Virus record (IMG/VR): IMGVR_UViG_3300045988_139474
Coordinates: 64,001 to 128,000 of that record
Length of the DNA stretch: 64,000 nt
Origin: a virus
Direction: 5' to 3' (one strand)
In this document: piece by piece, positions 1 to 7,764 of the stretch
Numbering within the stretch: the first letter of the stretch is position 1
How the letters are laid out: each line of letters opens with the position of its first letter
Program-made: the position numbers and the translations under genes
Notes under the pieces: model-generated
What the model was told of the DNA's origin: nothing
The model's database searches: none
Seen by the model: only the letters and a program-made list of their open reading frames with translations

Positions 1-1375
1 AGATTCGATTATTACGAATTTCAGCCACATAATCGGGCTTCGTCTCAGGCTTTAGTAAGGAACGGAACGCGCGCAATTCTTTCACGGCCTCGTCTTGCAG
101 GACAACTTTCATCTCTGCAAAATCCTTCAACTCATTCCAATCTTCAGAAGTGCCCATGAGCAAGGTATCGTTTGCCCATACCGCACGAAAGCGTTTGAGG
201 TCAGTCGATTTGGTGATTTTCTCGTTCAAGATGAAGATAGTGTCGCAGCCGTTTGCAACCTTACGCACCCATCTTTTTACAGTCATCTGGTTCACCTTTT
301 CTTGAGATGAGTCGGTACAGATTTTCACGTTAGGCACTTGCATGCCTCCGCCCACGATTTCGGGTACATTGTAGATGCTCAACTCAAGTACAGAAGCAGC
401 AGCTTCAATCGGCTTCTTGCCTTGAGATAGTCTTTCAATTTCTTCTGCAATAGCCTTATCAACGCGCGTCAGATACTCTTTCAGACGGCTTTGAGTAGTA
501 GCATCTTCAGAGATTTCCTCACGGCCTGCGGTCAGGTCTAATTGACCGATAGGTACAAGGATGTTTATGCGGGCATTGATTCGTTTCAGATACTTGAATT
601 CATCAAAAGCAGCCCATTTCAAAGGATACTCAACACCGCCGATGATAATGTAAATGCTATTGTGACTACCGTGATGGGACAGCGCATAGCCTTTGTCTTT
701 CATTTCAGCGATAAGCTCGGAATTATCCTTAGCAAGCTCAAATTCTTCTTTCATTGAAATGCCGTTGTTCTCGACAATATGACGGAATTTGATAGGGCAT
801 TCTGCAAACGGAACAGCATTCTTGCGGTTATCAAATTTCAAGACATCGTCAGCCTTAACAGGCACGGATACTTTCACACCATTCGGTTTGTCGGTCTTGT
901 TTTTAGCCACAATAGTCAGAGTAGGAACACCATTCTCACCGATTGCGCAGATACCGATTACCTCAACGCCGTCTTTACGGCTCGTGATTGTAAATGCGTC
1001 AGTATAGCTGAATGGGCTTTTTGAGCCTAAGCCATAACCGCCAATCAATTCGTTGCTCTGGGTCTTGTTGCTTGAGAAGTAGGAAGTGTAAACCTCAAAC
1101 AATTCTGTTTCGGAAAGGCCTGTACCAAAATCTTCCACTTCAAAGTTCAAATAGTGTCGGGTCGGAATCGTAACAATGATAGGCTCTTTAGTGCCTGCTA
1201 CTTTATGTGAATCGACAGCATTGCTAATCAATTCGCGGATGATTGATGCGATTTTGTCCTTGTATAAGTTTGAGGACAGGATTTTGAAAGCCTTTGCGCT
1301 AGTAGCAATTGTAAATTCACCTACTTTGCCTGCAACAGTGTTGCTCTTCATTTGGTTAGTTTGAACTGGAATCAT
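1..1375 (-). CDS. rIIA: rIIA-like GHKL (Bergerat-fold) ATPase; C-terminal part runs off the left edge
   Basis: Absent from the ORF track because there is no in-window stop. ATG at 1375-1373 is preceded by AGGAGG. Hand translation: MIPVQTNQMKSNTVAGKVGEFTIATSAKAFKILSSNLYKDKIASIIRELISNAVDSH...FEVEDFGTGL...YTSYFSSNKTQSNELIGGYGLGSKSPFS. It shows the N box (ExxxNxxD), G1 (DxGxG) and G2 (GxGLGSKS), arranged as I remember the T4 rIIA N-terminus. Confidence 0.7.
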   Translation of the reverse strand, partial: MIPVQTNQMKSNTVAGKVGEFTIATSAKAFKILSSNLYKDKIASIIRELISNAVDSHKVAGTKEPIIVTIPTRHYLNFEVEDFGTGLSETELFEVYTSYFSSNKTQSNELIGGYGLGSKSPFSYTDAFTITSRKDGVEVIGICAIGENGVPTLTIVAKNKTDKPNGVKVSVPVKADDVLKFDNRKNAVPFAECPIKFRHIVENNGISMKEEFELAKDNSELIAEMKDKGYALSHHGSHNSIYIIIGGVEYPLKWAAFDEFKYLKRINARINILVPIGQLDLTAGREEISEDATTQSRLKEYLTRVDKAIAEEIERLSQGKKPIEAAASVLELSIYNVPEIVGGGMQVPNVKICTDSSQEKVNQMTVKRWVRKVANGCDTIFILNEKITKSTDLKRFRAVWANDTLLMGTSEDWNELKDFAEMKVVLQDEAVKELRAFRSLLKPETKPDYVAEIRNNRI

Positions 1376-1403
1376 TTGAAGCCTCCTAGACTTAAAAGTG
1401 TTT

Positions 1404-1443
1404 GCTATAAGTTGTTATTTCGTGAACCAGATTTAATTTTTAG
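1404..1443 (-). promoter_or_regulatory. class-1 early promoter-like motif (A-tract UP-like element, TTGGyT-like box, TAyNNN box)
   Basis: Minus-strand reading is CTAAAAATTAAATCTGGTTCACGAAATAACAACTTATAGC, about 30 nt upstream of the rIIA-like start. It is one of 5 alignable copies. Confidence 0.45.
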
Positions 1444-1444
1444 C

Positions 1445-1478
1445 TAGAAGAAAGGCCTGAGCGGTTACTCAAGCCTTT
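1445..1478 (-). terminator. intrinsic terminator candidate
   Basis: Inverted repeat AAAGGCCTGAG / CTCAAGCCTTT with one mismatch. It is followed on the minus strand by TTTCTTCT and lies just after the stop of 1486..1842. Confidence 0.45.
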
Positions 1479-1485
1479 CATGAAC

Positions 1486-1842
1486 TTACACCCAAAGAAT
1501 AGAATCAATAATGTAATCTTGCGGGTCAGATTTGCATTTTACCTTGAAGCCATCTGCCTCTAAGCGTTCAGCCAAGATTTTCAAATTAGCAATCGGTATA
1601 GAATTGATACATACTCGCGGTTTCACGTTGATATAGTATTCAGGTTCATCCAGAATCACCGCTGGCTCTTCAGGGTCATCTTGATAGAATACGTCCAAAC
1701 CGACTGAGCCTTTGCTTGAAACGTCCTTGATAATTTTTACAAGGCCTTCGTAAATATCGTCAACAGAAGTCGATGATGAAACAAATTTTTCGTAGTTAGC
1801 TCGCGCTTGTTCAGCGAGGGTCATAGGTTTAGTTTCGGACAT
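1486..1842 (-). CDS. hypothetical early protein, paralog family 1
   Basis: 118-aa ORF with GGAG-type RBS. Shares KIIKDVSSKGSVGLDV and RLEADGFKV with the next gene. Confidence 0.7.
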   Translation of the reverse strand: MSETKPMTLAEQARANYEKFVSSSTSVDDIYEGLVKIIKDVSSKGSVGLDVFYQDDPEEPAVILDEPEYYINVKPRVCINSIPIANLKILAERLEADGFKVKCKSDPQDYIIDSILWV

Positions 1843-1872
1843 TTTGTTACTCCTTGAAAAGTTGATTAGTGT

Positions 1873-1915
1873 GGATTGTAGGCTAATATCTTGTTAGCCT
1901 ATTTTAATTTTTCGG
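1873..1915 (-). promoter_or_regulatory. class-1 early promoter-like motif
   Basis: Minus-strand reading is CGAAAAATTAAAATAGGCTAACAAGATATTAGCCTACAATCC; TACAAT is a good -10 box. Lies upstream of the 1842 start. Confidence 0.45.
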
Positions 1916-1919
1916 CGGA

Positions 1920-2291
1920 TTATTCGTCAGCCCAGACAACACGGTCAATAATTGTACCGTAATCAGCATTAGTTACATATGAAACTAAGAAGCCATCTGC
2001 CTCTAAGCGTCTAGCAATCTCCCTATGATGGACTACAGGAGCGATATTGATATCAACGTCTGCGCAGTCAATGTGCCAAATATCAGCAGAGTTTTCACGG
2101 ACGGTTACTGCTGAAGTAGCAGTGTAGTCAGAATGGTGACGGATGTCTAAGCCGATTGCACCGCGTGAGGACACGTCTTTGATAATTTTTACCAGCATGT
2201 CGTAAACTTTGTCTGTGTACTCGTCTTTAAAATTATTGAGGTTGGTGAGGGCTTGATAGGCTAGGGATGCCTGCGGTGTCGCTTTTTCCAT
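1920..2291 (-). CDS. hypothetical early protein, paralog family 1
   Basis: The ORF is open to 2360, but the ATG at 2291 (MEKATPQ...) has an AGGAGC RBS and matches the paralog length. Contains KIIKDVSSRGAIGLDI and RLEADGFLV. Confidence 0.65.
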   Translation of the reverse strand: MEKATPQASLAYQALTNLNNFKDEYTDKVYDMLVKIIKDVSSRGAIGLDIRHHSDYTATSAVTVRENSADIWHIDCADVDINIAPVVHHREIARRLEADGFLVSYVTNADYGTIIDRVVWADE

Positions 2292-2332
2292 TTTGTTGCT
2301 CCTAAAAGAGGGTTGAAAAGAATGATTGGGTT

Positions 2333-2373
2333 GTTTGTAAGCTGATATCCCGTGAGCCAATCTTAATTTTTAG
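2333..2373 (-). promoter_or_regulatory. class-1 early promoter-like motif
   Basis: Minus-strand reading is CTAAAAATTAAGATTGGCTCACGGGATATCAGCTTACAAAC. Confidence 0.45.
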
Positions 2374-2418
2374 GGCAAAAGAAAAGCCCTGACTAGCTTT
2401 TCGGGCTAATCAGGGCTT
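2374..2418 (-). terminator. intrinsic terminator
   Basis: 14-bp stem (AAGCCCTGACTAGC / GCTAATCAGGGCTT, one mismatch) followed on the minus strand by TTCTTTTG. Lies downstream of the stop of 2477..2836. Confidence 0.7.
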
Positions 2419-2476
2419 GTAAACTCGTTAAGGCCGTCAATACGTTGTCCGCCGTATAGGCCGTCTTGAGTCTAGT

Positions 2477-2836
2477 TTAGGAGTAATACTCTTCATCACT
2501 TTCTTGCCATGAATCACGCTCATAGGCAATTGTTTCGCCGTCAGTAGTTGTGAAGAGTGTTAAGCCTTTCTTGGCGAATTTGTTCATAACCAGCTTCTCA
2601 GCCAACAACTCAAACTTGCTCCAACGCTCAGGATTGAAATCAAACTGGAAAGTGCCGTCAAACGTATCCCGATTAAATCGAATGTTGAGGCCTTTCAATT
2701 CTTTCTCAACAAAGTCGGCAGCTTGCTTGCTACCAGCGATGATGCCTGAGATTTTGCTACTAATATCCTCAGCATATGCCTCTTTCAACTCCAGCTTGCT
2801 CTTCAAGCTTTCGGCCAATTGTGCTGCTTTACTCAT
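2477..2836 (-). CDS. hypothetical early protein, paralog family 2
   Basis: The track ORF starts at GTG 2845. The ATG at 2836 (MSKAAQLAESLKSKL...) matches the paralog start MSKVTQLTESLKAKL. Confidence 0.65.
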   Translation of the reverse strand: MSKAAQLAESLKSKLELKEAYAEDISSKISGIIAGSKQAADFVEKELKGLNIRFNRDTFDGTFQFDFNPERWSKFELLAEKLVMNKFAKKGLTLFTTTDGETIAYERDSWQESDEEYYS

Positions 2837-2853
2837 TGTGTTCACCTTTCAAA

Positions 2854-3183
2854 TTACACTTGACGCCAATCACCATTCTTGAAAATGATGACTTCATCGT
2901 TAGCGGTCGTAAAGCTCGAAAGCCCTACAATTGCGAAGTCATTGGCGACCAATTTGTCAGCCAATGGTTTGAGTTTGCTGAATGGTTCAGGCTTGAAGCG
3001 GTATACAATATCATCACCCACTTTGTTTCGGGTGAACTTGACATGCAGGGCTTCTAATTCCTCGTCAACCAGATTAGCAATGATTTCAGACGCAACGTTG
3101 ATACCGACAATCTTGTCTGCAACGGCCTCTTGTACGGTCAACTTAGCTTTCAAGCTTTCCGTCAGCTGCGTTACTTTGCTCAT
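2854..3183 (-). CDS. hypothetical early protein, paralog family 2
   Basis: 109-aa ORF, paralogous to 2477..2836. Confidence 0.65.
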   Translation of the reverse strand: MSKVTQLTESLKAKLTVQEAVADKIVGINVASEIIANLVDEELEALHVKFTRNKVGDDIVYRFKPEPFSKLKPLADKLVANDFAIVGLSSFTTANDEVIIFKNGDWRQV

Positions 3184-3359
3184 TTCTTAGCTCGCAAACC
3201 CAGTTTCAAAGATTGAACGTCAGTGCCGTCTTCAGGCTTCTTGACTTTCTTCTCAGGGACACCAGGTGTTTTGTTATCCTTAGCACCCTTGTCCAAGACA
3301 ACGGATGCCTTGTTCATAGATTCGTCTGCACGAACCACTGCTTCTTGCAATTTACTCAT
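3180..3359 (-). CDS. small hypothetical protein (59 aa, lysine-rich)
   Basis: Hand-translated as MSKLQEAVVRADESMNKASVVLDKGAKDNKTPGVPEKKVKKPEDGTDVQSLKLGLRAKK. Has a GAGGAC RBS, and its stop overlaps the next start in an ATGA arrangement. It falls below the 60-aa track cut-off. Confidence 0.45.
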   Translation of the reverse strand: MSKLQEAVVRADESMNKASVVLDKGAKDNKTPGVPEKKVKKPEDGTDVQSLKLGLRAKK

Positions 3360-3433
3360 AAATTGTCCTCAGTTTAGTTTACAAATCAGGCGGTATTCCG
3401 CCGTTGTTGTAGCGTGATTGATAAGTGGCTATG

Positions 3434-3592
3434 CTATCCCTTAGCCTGCGTTGTAGCAGCTTTCGGTCTAGTCGATAGCTTGGAGGGCGTGTTACAGCCT
3501 CCGTTCTTCTCAATCACGCATGATTTACTCTTGGGAATGCCGTGCGCTTCTTGCAGTATCCCCAAGAGTGTTCTCAACCGTTCGATTTTCAT
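3434..3592 (-). CDS. small hypothetical protein (52 aa)
   Basis: Hand-translated as MKIERLRTLLGILQEAHGIPKSKSCVIEKNGGCNTPSKLSTRPKAATTQAKG. Its start overlaps the upstream stop (TGATG). Confidence 0.3.
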   Translation of the reverse strand: MKIERLRTLLGILQEAHGIPKSKSCVIEKNGGCNTPSKLSTRPKAATTQAKG

Positions 3593-3741
3593 CAATTGTA
3601 AGATTCTCCCTCAGCTGGCTTTGGTTTGAAGCCGTCTGGGATTTGAACTCGTTTCTTGACTACTTGAATCTCTGTCTCACCTGTATCAGGATTAACAACT
3701 TCAAGCTCTTCCAATCGCTCGGTTGTATTCGTGTTGTCCAT
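3592..3741 (-). CDS. small hypothetical acidic protein (49 aa)
   Basis: Hand-translated as MDNTNTTERLEELEVVNPDTGETEIQVVKKRVQIPDGFKPKPAEGESYN, with an AGGAGA RBS. Confidence 0.4.
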   Translation of the reverse strand: MDNTNTTERLEELEVVNPDTGETEIQVVKKRVQIPDGFKPKPAEGESYN

Positions 3742-3787
3742 TTTCAATTCTCCTGCAGACGGCCTATTGCTAAGCCGTCCATCTCAA

Positions 3788-5953
3788 TCAGCCCTCGCAA
3801 GCGATACACTCACCTCTAGGGTTTGAGCCTCGTGTAAGTCGGGTGCTGCGTTGGTAATACAAGCCTTTGATGTTTGGATTTTCAAGGGCTTCTCTGGTCA
3901 CCTCTGAGATGTATTCCTCATCCTCGACAAAGAACAAGTTCAATGATTGGCCTTGACAGATGAACTTCTGACGCTGAGCAGCCAATCGGACTAATGCTGA
4001 TTGGTTGATTTCAAAAGCGGTCTTGAATACGGCCTTTTCTTCGTCAGTCAAGAAGTCCAGATGTTGAACTGAACCTTGATAGTTGTCGTTGATGTCTCGG
4101 ACAATATCATCATTGTACTTGTCGTATTTCTTCAGGACTTTGATGAACTCAGGATTGATACGCACCATGTTACCAGCAGCCGTGTTTTGGGTGAAAGTAT
4201 TAGAAACAAACGGCTCGATACCTTGACTAACACCACCGCAAAGTACAGCTGAGCTCATATTAGGCGCAATGGCTGTACGTGTTGAATTGCGGATTCCGTA
4301 TCCTTTGGTGACTTCACACTCGCCCAGGATTTCGGCTAACCATTGACTAGCTCGTAAGGTTTCATCATGAATCTTGCGGAAGATAGCCATGTTTTCAAAG
4401 CTTGCTTGCAAGGAATCAATTGGAATCATCTTGGATTGAAGATAGGTGTGGAAGCCTAAAGCACCCAAGCCCAAAGCGCGGTATTTCTCGGTGAATCGTG
4501 CAATCTTCTCAAGGCCAGGTGTTGTTTGCATCTGGATTAGGGAATGACTGCACACGCAATCAAGGAACACCAGTGACCAGAAGATTGTATCTTCATCAAA
4601 CTCATCCCACTTGGCTAAGTTCAAAGAGGATAACACGCAGCTAAAGGTTAGCTCCTCGCTTGCGGGCAAGGCGATTTCGGTGCAGTTGTGTACCAAGATG
4701 CCGTTGCAGGCATATTGACCTGGCGCAATATAGAAGTTGTGAACCTCATCAACGGTCAAGTCGTACACATCAACTTCACCCTCAAGATATTCAACATTGA
4801 CTACTTTGAGCCCGTGAGGCAGGTTGAATGCTTGTAACTCATAACCCAAAGAATCTTTCGCTTCAATCCATGTACCACGGAATGAGGCTAGTTGATGCTC
4901 AGGCGTACACTTGAATTTGTCGCCATTCTCAAGGGTTACTTCAACAACCTGCTTAGTACCTGTCTTGAACGCAACGGCCTCTCGAATGATAGGCTTACTC
5001 CAAGTATCAAACCCAATCAATTTGGTAAGTTGTTTTGAGCAATACACTAGGAATTTGACTGTACCGTTAGATTCTTTGGCTAACTGCTCAATAGCAACAG
5101 CATTTCTGCCGTCTGCTACTGCTACCAAAGTATCGCCTGTAAAGCAAAGGTTTGAGGCATAGACTTTCTCACCAGTCTGACGGATACACTCAGGCGCAAG
5201 TCGGTTAGCAACATCCGACTTCCAGATGTAGCCTTTACCAAAACGGCTGCGGGTGTACATCATCTCGGTATAACGGCGGATAGCCTCCGCATCACCTTGT
5301 CCTAGACGGTCAATGAATTCATCCGTGAAGTTGTAGCCAATATTGGCCTCACCTGGATTCTTGAGGACATAGTCATTCATCTCGTCAAAGTCACCATGGT
5401 CCATGTCGATATAGCCAGCCCAAGAACCACGGCGATTGTTGCCTTGGGATACTAATTGGGCGGTGCAAGTGAACATGTCGAATACTGGAACAACGCCATC
5501 AGCTTCGCCACCGACTGAGATTGGAGTGCCTCTCGGTCGAATATCCCCCAAGTAGGCTGATGTACCGTAGCCGTTCTTGCTCAATAACGCCATCTCACGC
5601 AAGGCTGAGTAGAAGCCGTCAATTGAATCTTCAATGTAGCTACCAGAGCAGCTGACTGAATGACCTCGATTGGTACCAGTGTTGCAATATACAGGTGTTG
5701 ACGGTGCAAGATGACCTTTCCACATGATATCAAAAAACTTCTGTTCAGCCGTCTCTTGATGCTCAAATGGGAGATATTTCGCTAGGGTCTTTGCAATCGT
5801 CTGAAAGCGTGAGCGGACAGTTTCGCCGTTGTAGGCATACTTATTGCGAAACATGATATAGCCCTGAGTAGTCATCCATTCAGGGATTTCATTTTGAGAT
5901 ATCAGTTGTTTGCGCTCAGCTGATAGCTCTTCGTAGGATTTTTTGTTGCTCAT
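3788..5953 (-). CDS. nrdA: class I ribonucleotide reductase alpha subunit (no ATP cone) interrupted by a mini-intein
   Basis: 721-aa ORF. The radical-site motif ASNL/C...HN/CTEIALP is split by a Hint domain. Has the C-terminal redox pair CIACEG. The extein totals 567 aa. An R2 gene lies nearby. Confidence 0.85.
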   Translation of the reverse strand: MSNKKSYEELSAERKQLISQNEIPEWMTTQGYIMFRNKYAYNGETVRSRFQTIAKTLAKYLPFEHQETAEQKFFDIMWKGHLAPSTPVYCNTGTNRGHSVSCSGSYIEDSIDGFYSALREMALLSKNGYGTSAYLGDIRPRGTPISVGGEADGVVPVFDMFTCTAQLVSQGNNRRGSWAGYIDMDHGDFDEMNDYVLKNPGEANIGYNFTDEFIDRLGQGDAEAIRRYTEMMYTRSRFGKGYIWKSDVANRLAPECIRQTGEKVYASNLCFTGDTLVAVADGRNAVAIEQLAKESNGTVKFLVYCSKQLTKLIGFDTWSKPIIREAVAFKTGTKQVVEVTLENGDKFKCTPEHQLASFRGTWIEAKDSLGYELQAFNLPHGLKVVNVEYLEGEVDVYDLTVDEVHNFYIAPGQYACNGILVHNCTEIALPASEELTFSCVLSSLNLAKWDEFDEDTIFWSLVFLDCVCSHSLIQMQTTPGLEKIARFTEKYRALGLGALGFHTYLQSKMIPIDSLQASFENMAIFRKIHDETLRASQWLAEILGECEVTKGYGIRNSTRTAIAPNMSSAVLCGGVSQGIEPFVSNTFTQNTAAGNMVRINPEFIKVLKKYDKYNDDIVRDINDNYQGSVQHLDFLTDEEKAVFKTAFEINQSALVRLAAQRQKFICQGQSLNLFFVEDEEYISEVTREALENPNIKGLYYQRSTRLTRGSNPRGECIACEG
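4685..5146 (-). mobile_element. 154-aa mini-intein (Hint domain, no homing-endonuclease domain) in the NLC|TEI active-site motif
   Basis: Covers aa 270-423 of the ORF. Block A is CFTGDTLVAV, block B is TPEH, block F is VYDLTVDEVHNFY, block G is ILVHN followed by the +1 Cys. Codon positions were checked by hand (TGC at 5146-5144, AAC at 4687-4685). Confidence 0.85.
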
Positions 5954-5983
5954 TTATTGTCTCTATCAGATATTCATTGTTAC

Positions 5984-6026
5984 AAATGAAAAAGCAGCAT
6001 GTTATTCTTTTGAATAACATGCTGCT
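5984..6026 (-). terminator. intrinsic terminator
   Basis: Perfect 15-bp stem AGCAGCATGTTATTC / GAATAACATGCTGCT with a TTTT loop, followed on the minus strand by TTTTTCATTTG. Confidence 0.8.
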
Positions 6027-6039
6027 AACAGTCTGGTCG

Positions 6040-6543
6040 CTATCGTATCTCTGTGACACTCACTTTGACTTTTGGACCAACAATATCCAGATATTGGCCT
6101 CTTTCATTGTCAGGGTCATTCGGGTCTGCGATGAAATAGTCTTCATAATATACCGTTTCGGTGTTCTTTACAGGCTCAAAGGCAAATCCGCAGAAGTCTT
6201 CAAGATATTCCTGGCCGTATTCCTCGTCCATCTCTTTGACTAATGCTTCAAAGGCCTTGATGTCAAAAATCAAGCCGTTGTAAATCATGTCTTCAAGTCG
6301 GTCAGAATAGTCGCCAAGAAATTCCTGGTCGTTGTAGTCAGGCAATTTGTCCTTTGGACTAGCCTTGATATGTTTCCACAGGCCTTGGATAGTCAATCGG
6401 GCTTGCTCTTCAACTTCTCGATAAGACCAACCAAACAGGTGCAACGCCTTTCGATACAGTTGTAAGGCTCGCTGGCCGTTACCCTCGTTGATTGATTGTT
6501 TCAAGCTTTCTGTAATCTTTGCAGCTTTCGTTTTATCTTCCAT
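6040..6543 (-). CDS. hypothetical early protein, paralog family 3
   Basis: 167 aa, paralogous to 6909..7415 (ITESLKQSINEGN...NGLIFDIKAFEALVKEM versus IVESLKRSVTEAN...NGLFFDIKDLEAAVKYL). Confidence 0.7.
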   Translation of the reverse strand: MEDKTKAAKITESLKQSINEGNGQRALQLYRKALHLFGWSYREVEEQARLTIQGLWKHIKASPKDKLPDYNDQEFLGDYSDRLEDMIYNGLIFDIKAFEALVKEMDEEYGQEYLEDFCGFAFEPVKNTETVYYEDYFIADPNDPDNERGQYLDIVGPKVKVSVTEIR

Positions 6544-6561
6544 GTGATTTGCTCCTTAGTG

Positions 6562-6831
6562 TTAAAGCATGACCCAGTCTTCAGACAAAACGTCAGTTTG
6601 ACTAGCTAACCATGGGACTAACTTGCCGTCAGCCGTTTTCATGTAGATTGCGTCCAGCACGTCTTTCGTCTCGGCATCTGGGTGATTGTAGGCATCGTTG
6701 ATGACCTTAGTAATAGCCTCACCTCGAACCAAGAACAGGAACATGTTTTTGCCGTTCCAACCATTGCGGGCAACTAGGCCACCCATTTTCAAATGCTCAA
6801 GGGCATTACCAAAAGTAAGCAATTCAGGCAT
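6562..6831 (-). CDS. DUF2829-like small protein (candidate Tad2-type anti-Thoeris sponge)
   Basis: 89 aa. The pattern FGNALEHLKMGGLVARNGWNGKNMFLF...DAIYMKTADGKLVPWLASQTDVLSEDWVML matches my memory of the DUF2829 fold signature (F..A...G..v.R.gW ... W.ps..DllaeDW). Confidence 0.55.
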   Translation of the reverse strand: MPELLTFGNALEHLKMGGLVARNGWNGKNMFLFLVRGEAITKVINDAYNHPDAETKDVLDAIYMKTADGKLVPWLASQTDVLSEDWVML

Positions 6832-6851
6832 TGTGTATCTCCTTAATGTTT

Positions 6852-6899
6852 TTCAAATACAAAACAGCAGGCTAATCGGAGGAATAGATTGCTGCTGTT
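6852..6899 (-). terminator. terminator candidate
   Basis: 8-bp stem AACAGCAG / CTGCTGTT with a 20-nt loop, followed on the minus strand by TTTTGTATTTG. Confidence 0.4.
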
Positions 6900-6908
6900 G
6901 TAGGGTTG

Positions 6909-7415
6909 TTAGGCTTCTAAAGTCGCACGGACTTGTTGACTGACGATTTTGAAATACTCCTCATCATAGCCTTGAGGGTCATGTGCGCCGTTACCGATTG
7001 CATATTCATCCTCAAGCACCACTTCTGTATTCTTGACTACTTCAAGCACCAGATAGTGGCCATCACGCTCATCTTCAGGCATAGTCTTCAGATACTTGAC
7101 TGCTGCTTCCAAGTCCTTGATATCAAAGAATAGGCCGTTCAGAATGATGTTCTCAAACCAGCGTGTGTAGGGATTACTGCCGCCAGGTTTGACTTCCTTA
7201 GGCTCAGGCATGTACTTGTCCGCAAGCTTCTTATCAAGCTCAGGGTCAAATTTGGCGTATTCCCAAAGATAGTCGATGTTCTCTTCAGCAACTTCCTCAA
7301 TATCACCAGACGACATCTTGGTCAGCTTCAAGAACTCCTTGTAAAGCTCAAGTGCCTTGCGGTTGTTAGCCTCAGTCACTGAGCGTTTCAAGCTTTCTAC
7401 AATTTTCATGTTCAT
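6909..7415 (-). CDS. hypothetical early protein, paralog family 3
   Basis: 168-aa ORF, paralog of 6040..6543. Confidence 0.7.
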   Translation of the reverse strand: MNMKIVESLKRSVTEANNRKALELYKEFLKLTKMSSGDIEEVAEENIDYLWEYAKFDPELDKKLADKYMPEPKEVKPGGSNPYTRWFENIILNGLFFDIKDLEAAVKYLKTMPEDERDGHYLVLEVVKNTEVVLEDEYAIGNGAHDPQGYDEEYFKIVSQQVRATLEA

Positions 7416-7419
7416 TTCC

Positions 7420-7752
7420 TTAATTGGATGGAATAGGCTTCCTGTAGCTTCTCACAATAGCATCTCTGATGGTTGAATCGGACAAATGAAACTCTGCATA
7501 TTTCAGCGGTGTCCACTTATTACCGTCAACAACTATCAAGTCACCAATGTAGGTCTTGTTAGGCTCGTGATTGCCATGGGCAAAGTCTGGTCCAGTGAAG
7601 TAGATAGCACCTGCATCATGATTTGAACGGCCTACAAGATAGCCAGCCTTGCGTAAATCCTTGATTACTTCGTCAGTATTCTCAGCTGTTAACTCAACAA
7701 CTCGGACAGAAACAAGGCCGATATTCGTCACTACTTGTTTGAAGTCTAGCAT
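7420..7752 (-). CDS. hypothetical protein
   Basis: 110-aa ORF tightly packed in the operon. Confidence 0.6.
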   Translation of the reverse strand: MLDFKQVVTNIGLVSVRVVELTAENTDEVIKDLRKAGYLVGRSNHDAGAIYFTGPDFAHGNHEPNKTYIGDLIVVDGNKWTPLKYAEFHLSDSTIRDAIVRSYRKPIPSN

Positions 7753-7764
7753 AGGCTTATCTCG

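Noticed and set aside
1920-2360. N-terminal extensions given by the track for several ORFs (1920..2360, 2477..2845, 7765..8142, 9274..9648, 10365..10751, 11181..11534, 13549..14697, 31668..32183, 40143..40676, 45219..45551, 45530..46165, 50153..50614).
   Set aside because: Internal ATG or GTG codons with better Shine-Dalgarno spacing remove overlaps with neighbours, promoters or terminators and match paralog N-termini. The shorter coordinates were used, although the starts remain unverified.
3389-3402. GGCGG-TATT-CCGCC hairpin as a terminator.
   Set aside because: The stem is only 5 bp and there is no convincing U-tract on the minus strand.
4685-5146. Homing endonuclease (LAGLIDADG/HNH) inside the RNR intein.
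   Set aside because: The insert is only 154 aa, and the Hint blocks account for its whole length. No endonuclease motifs were seen.
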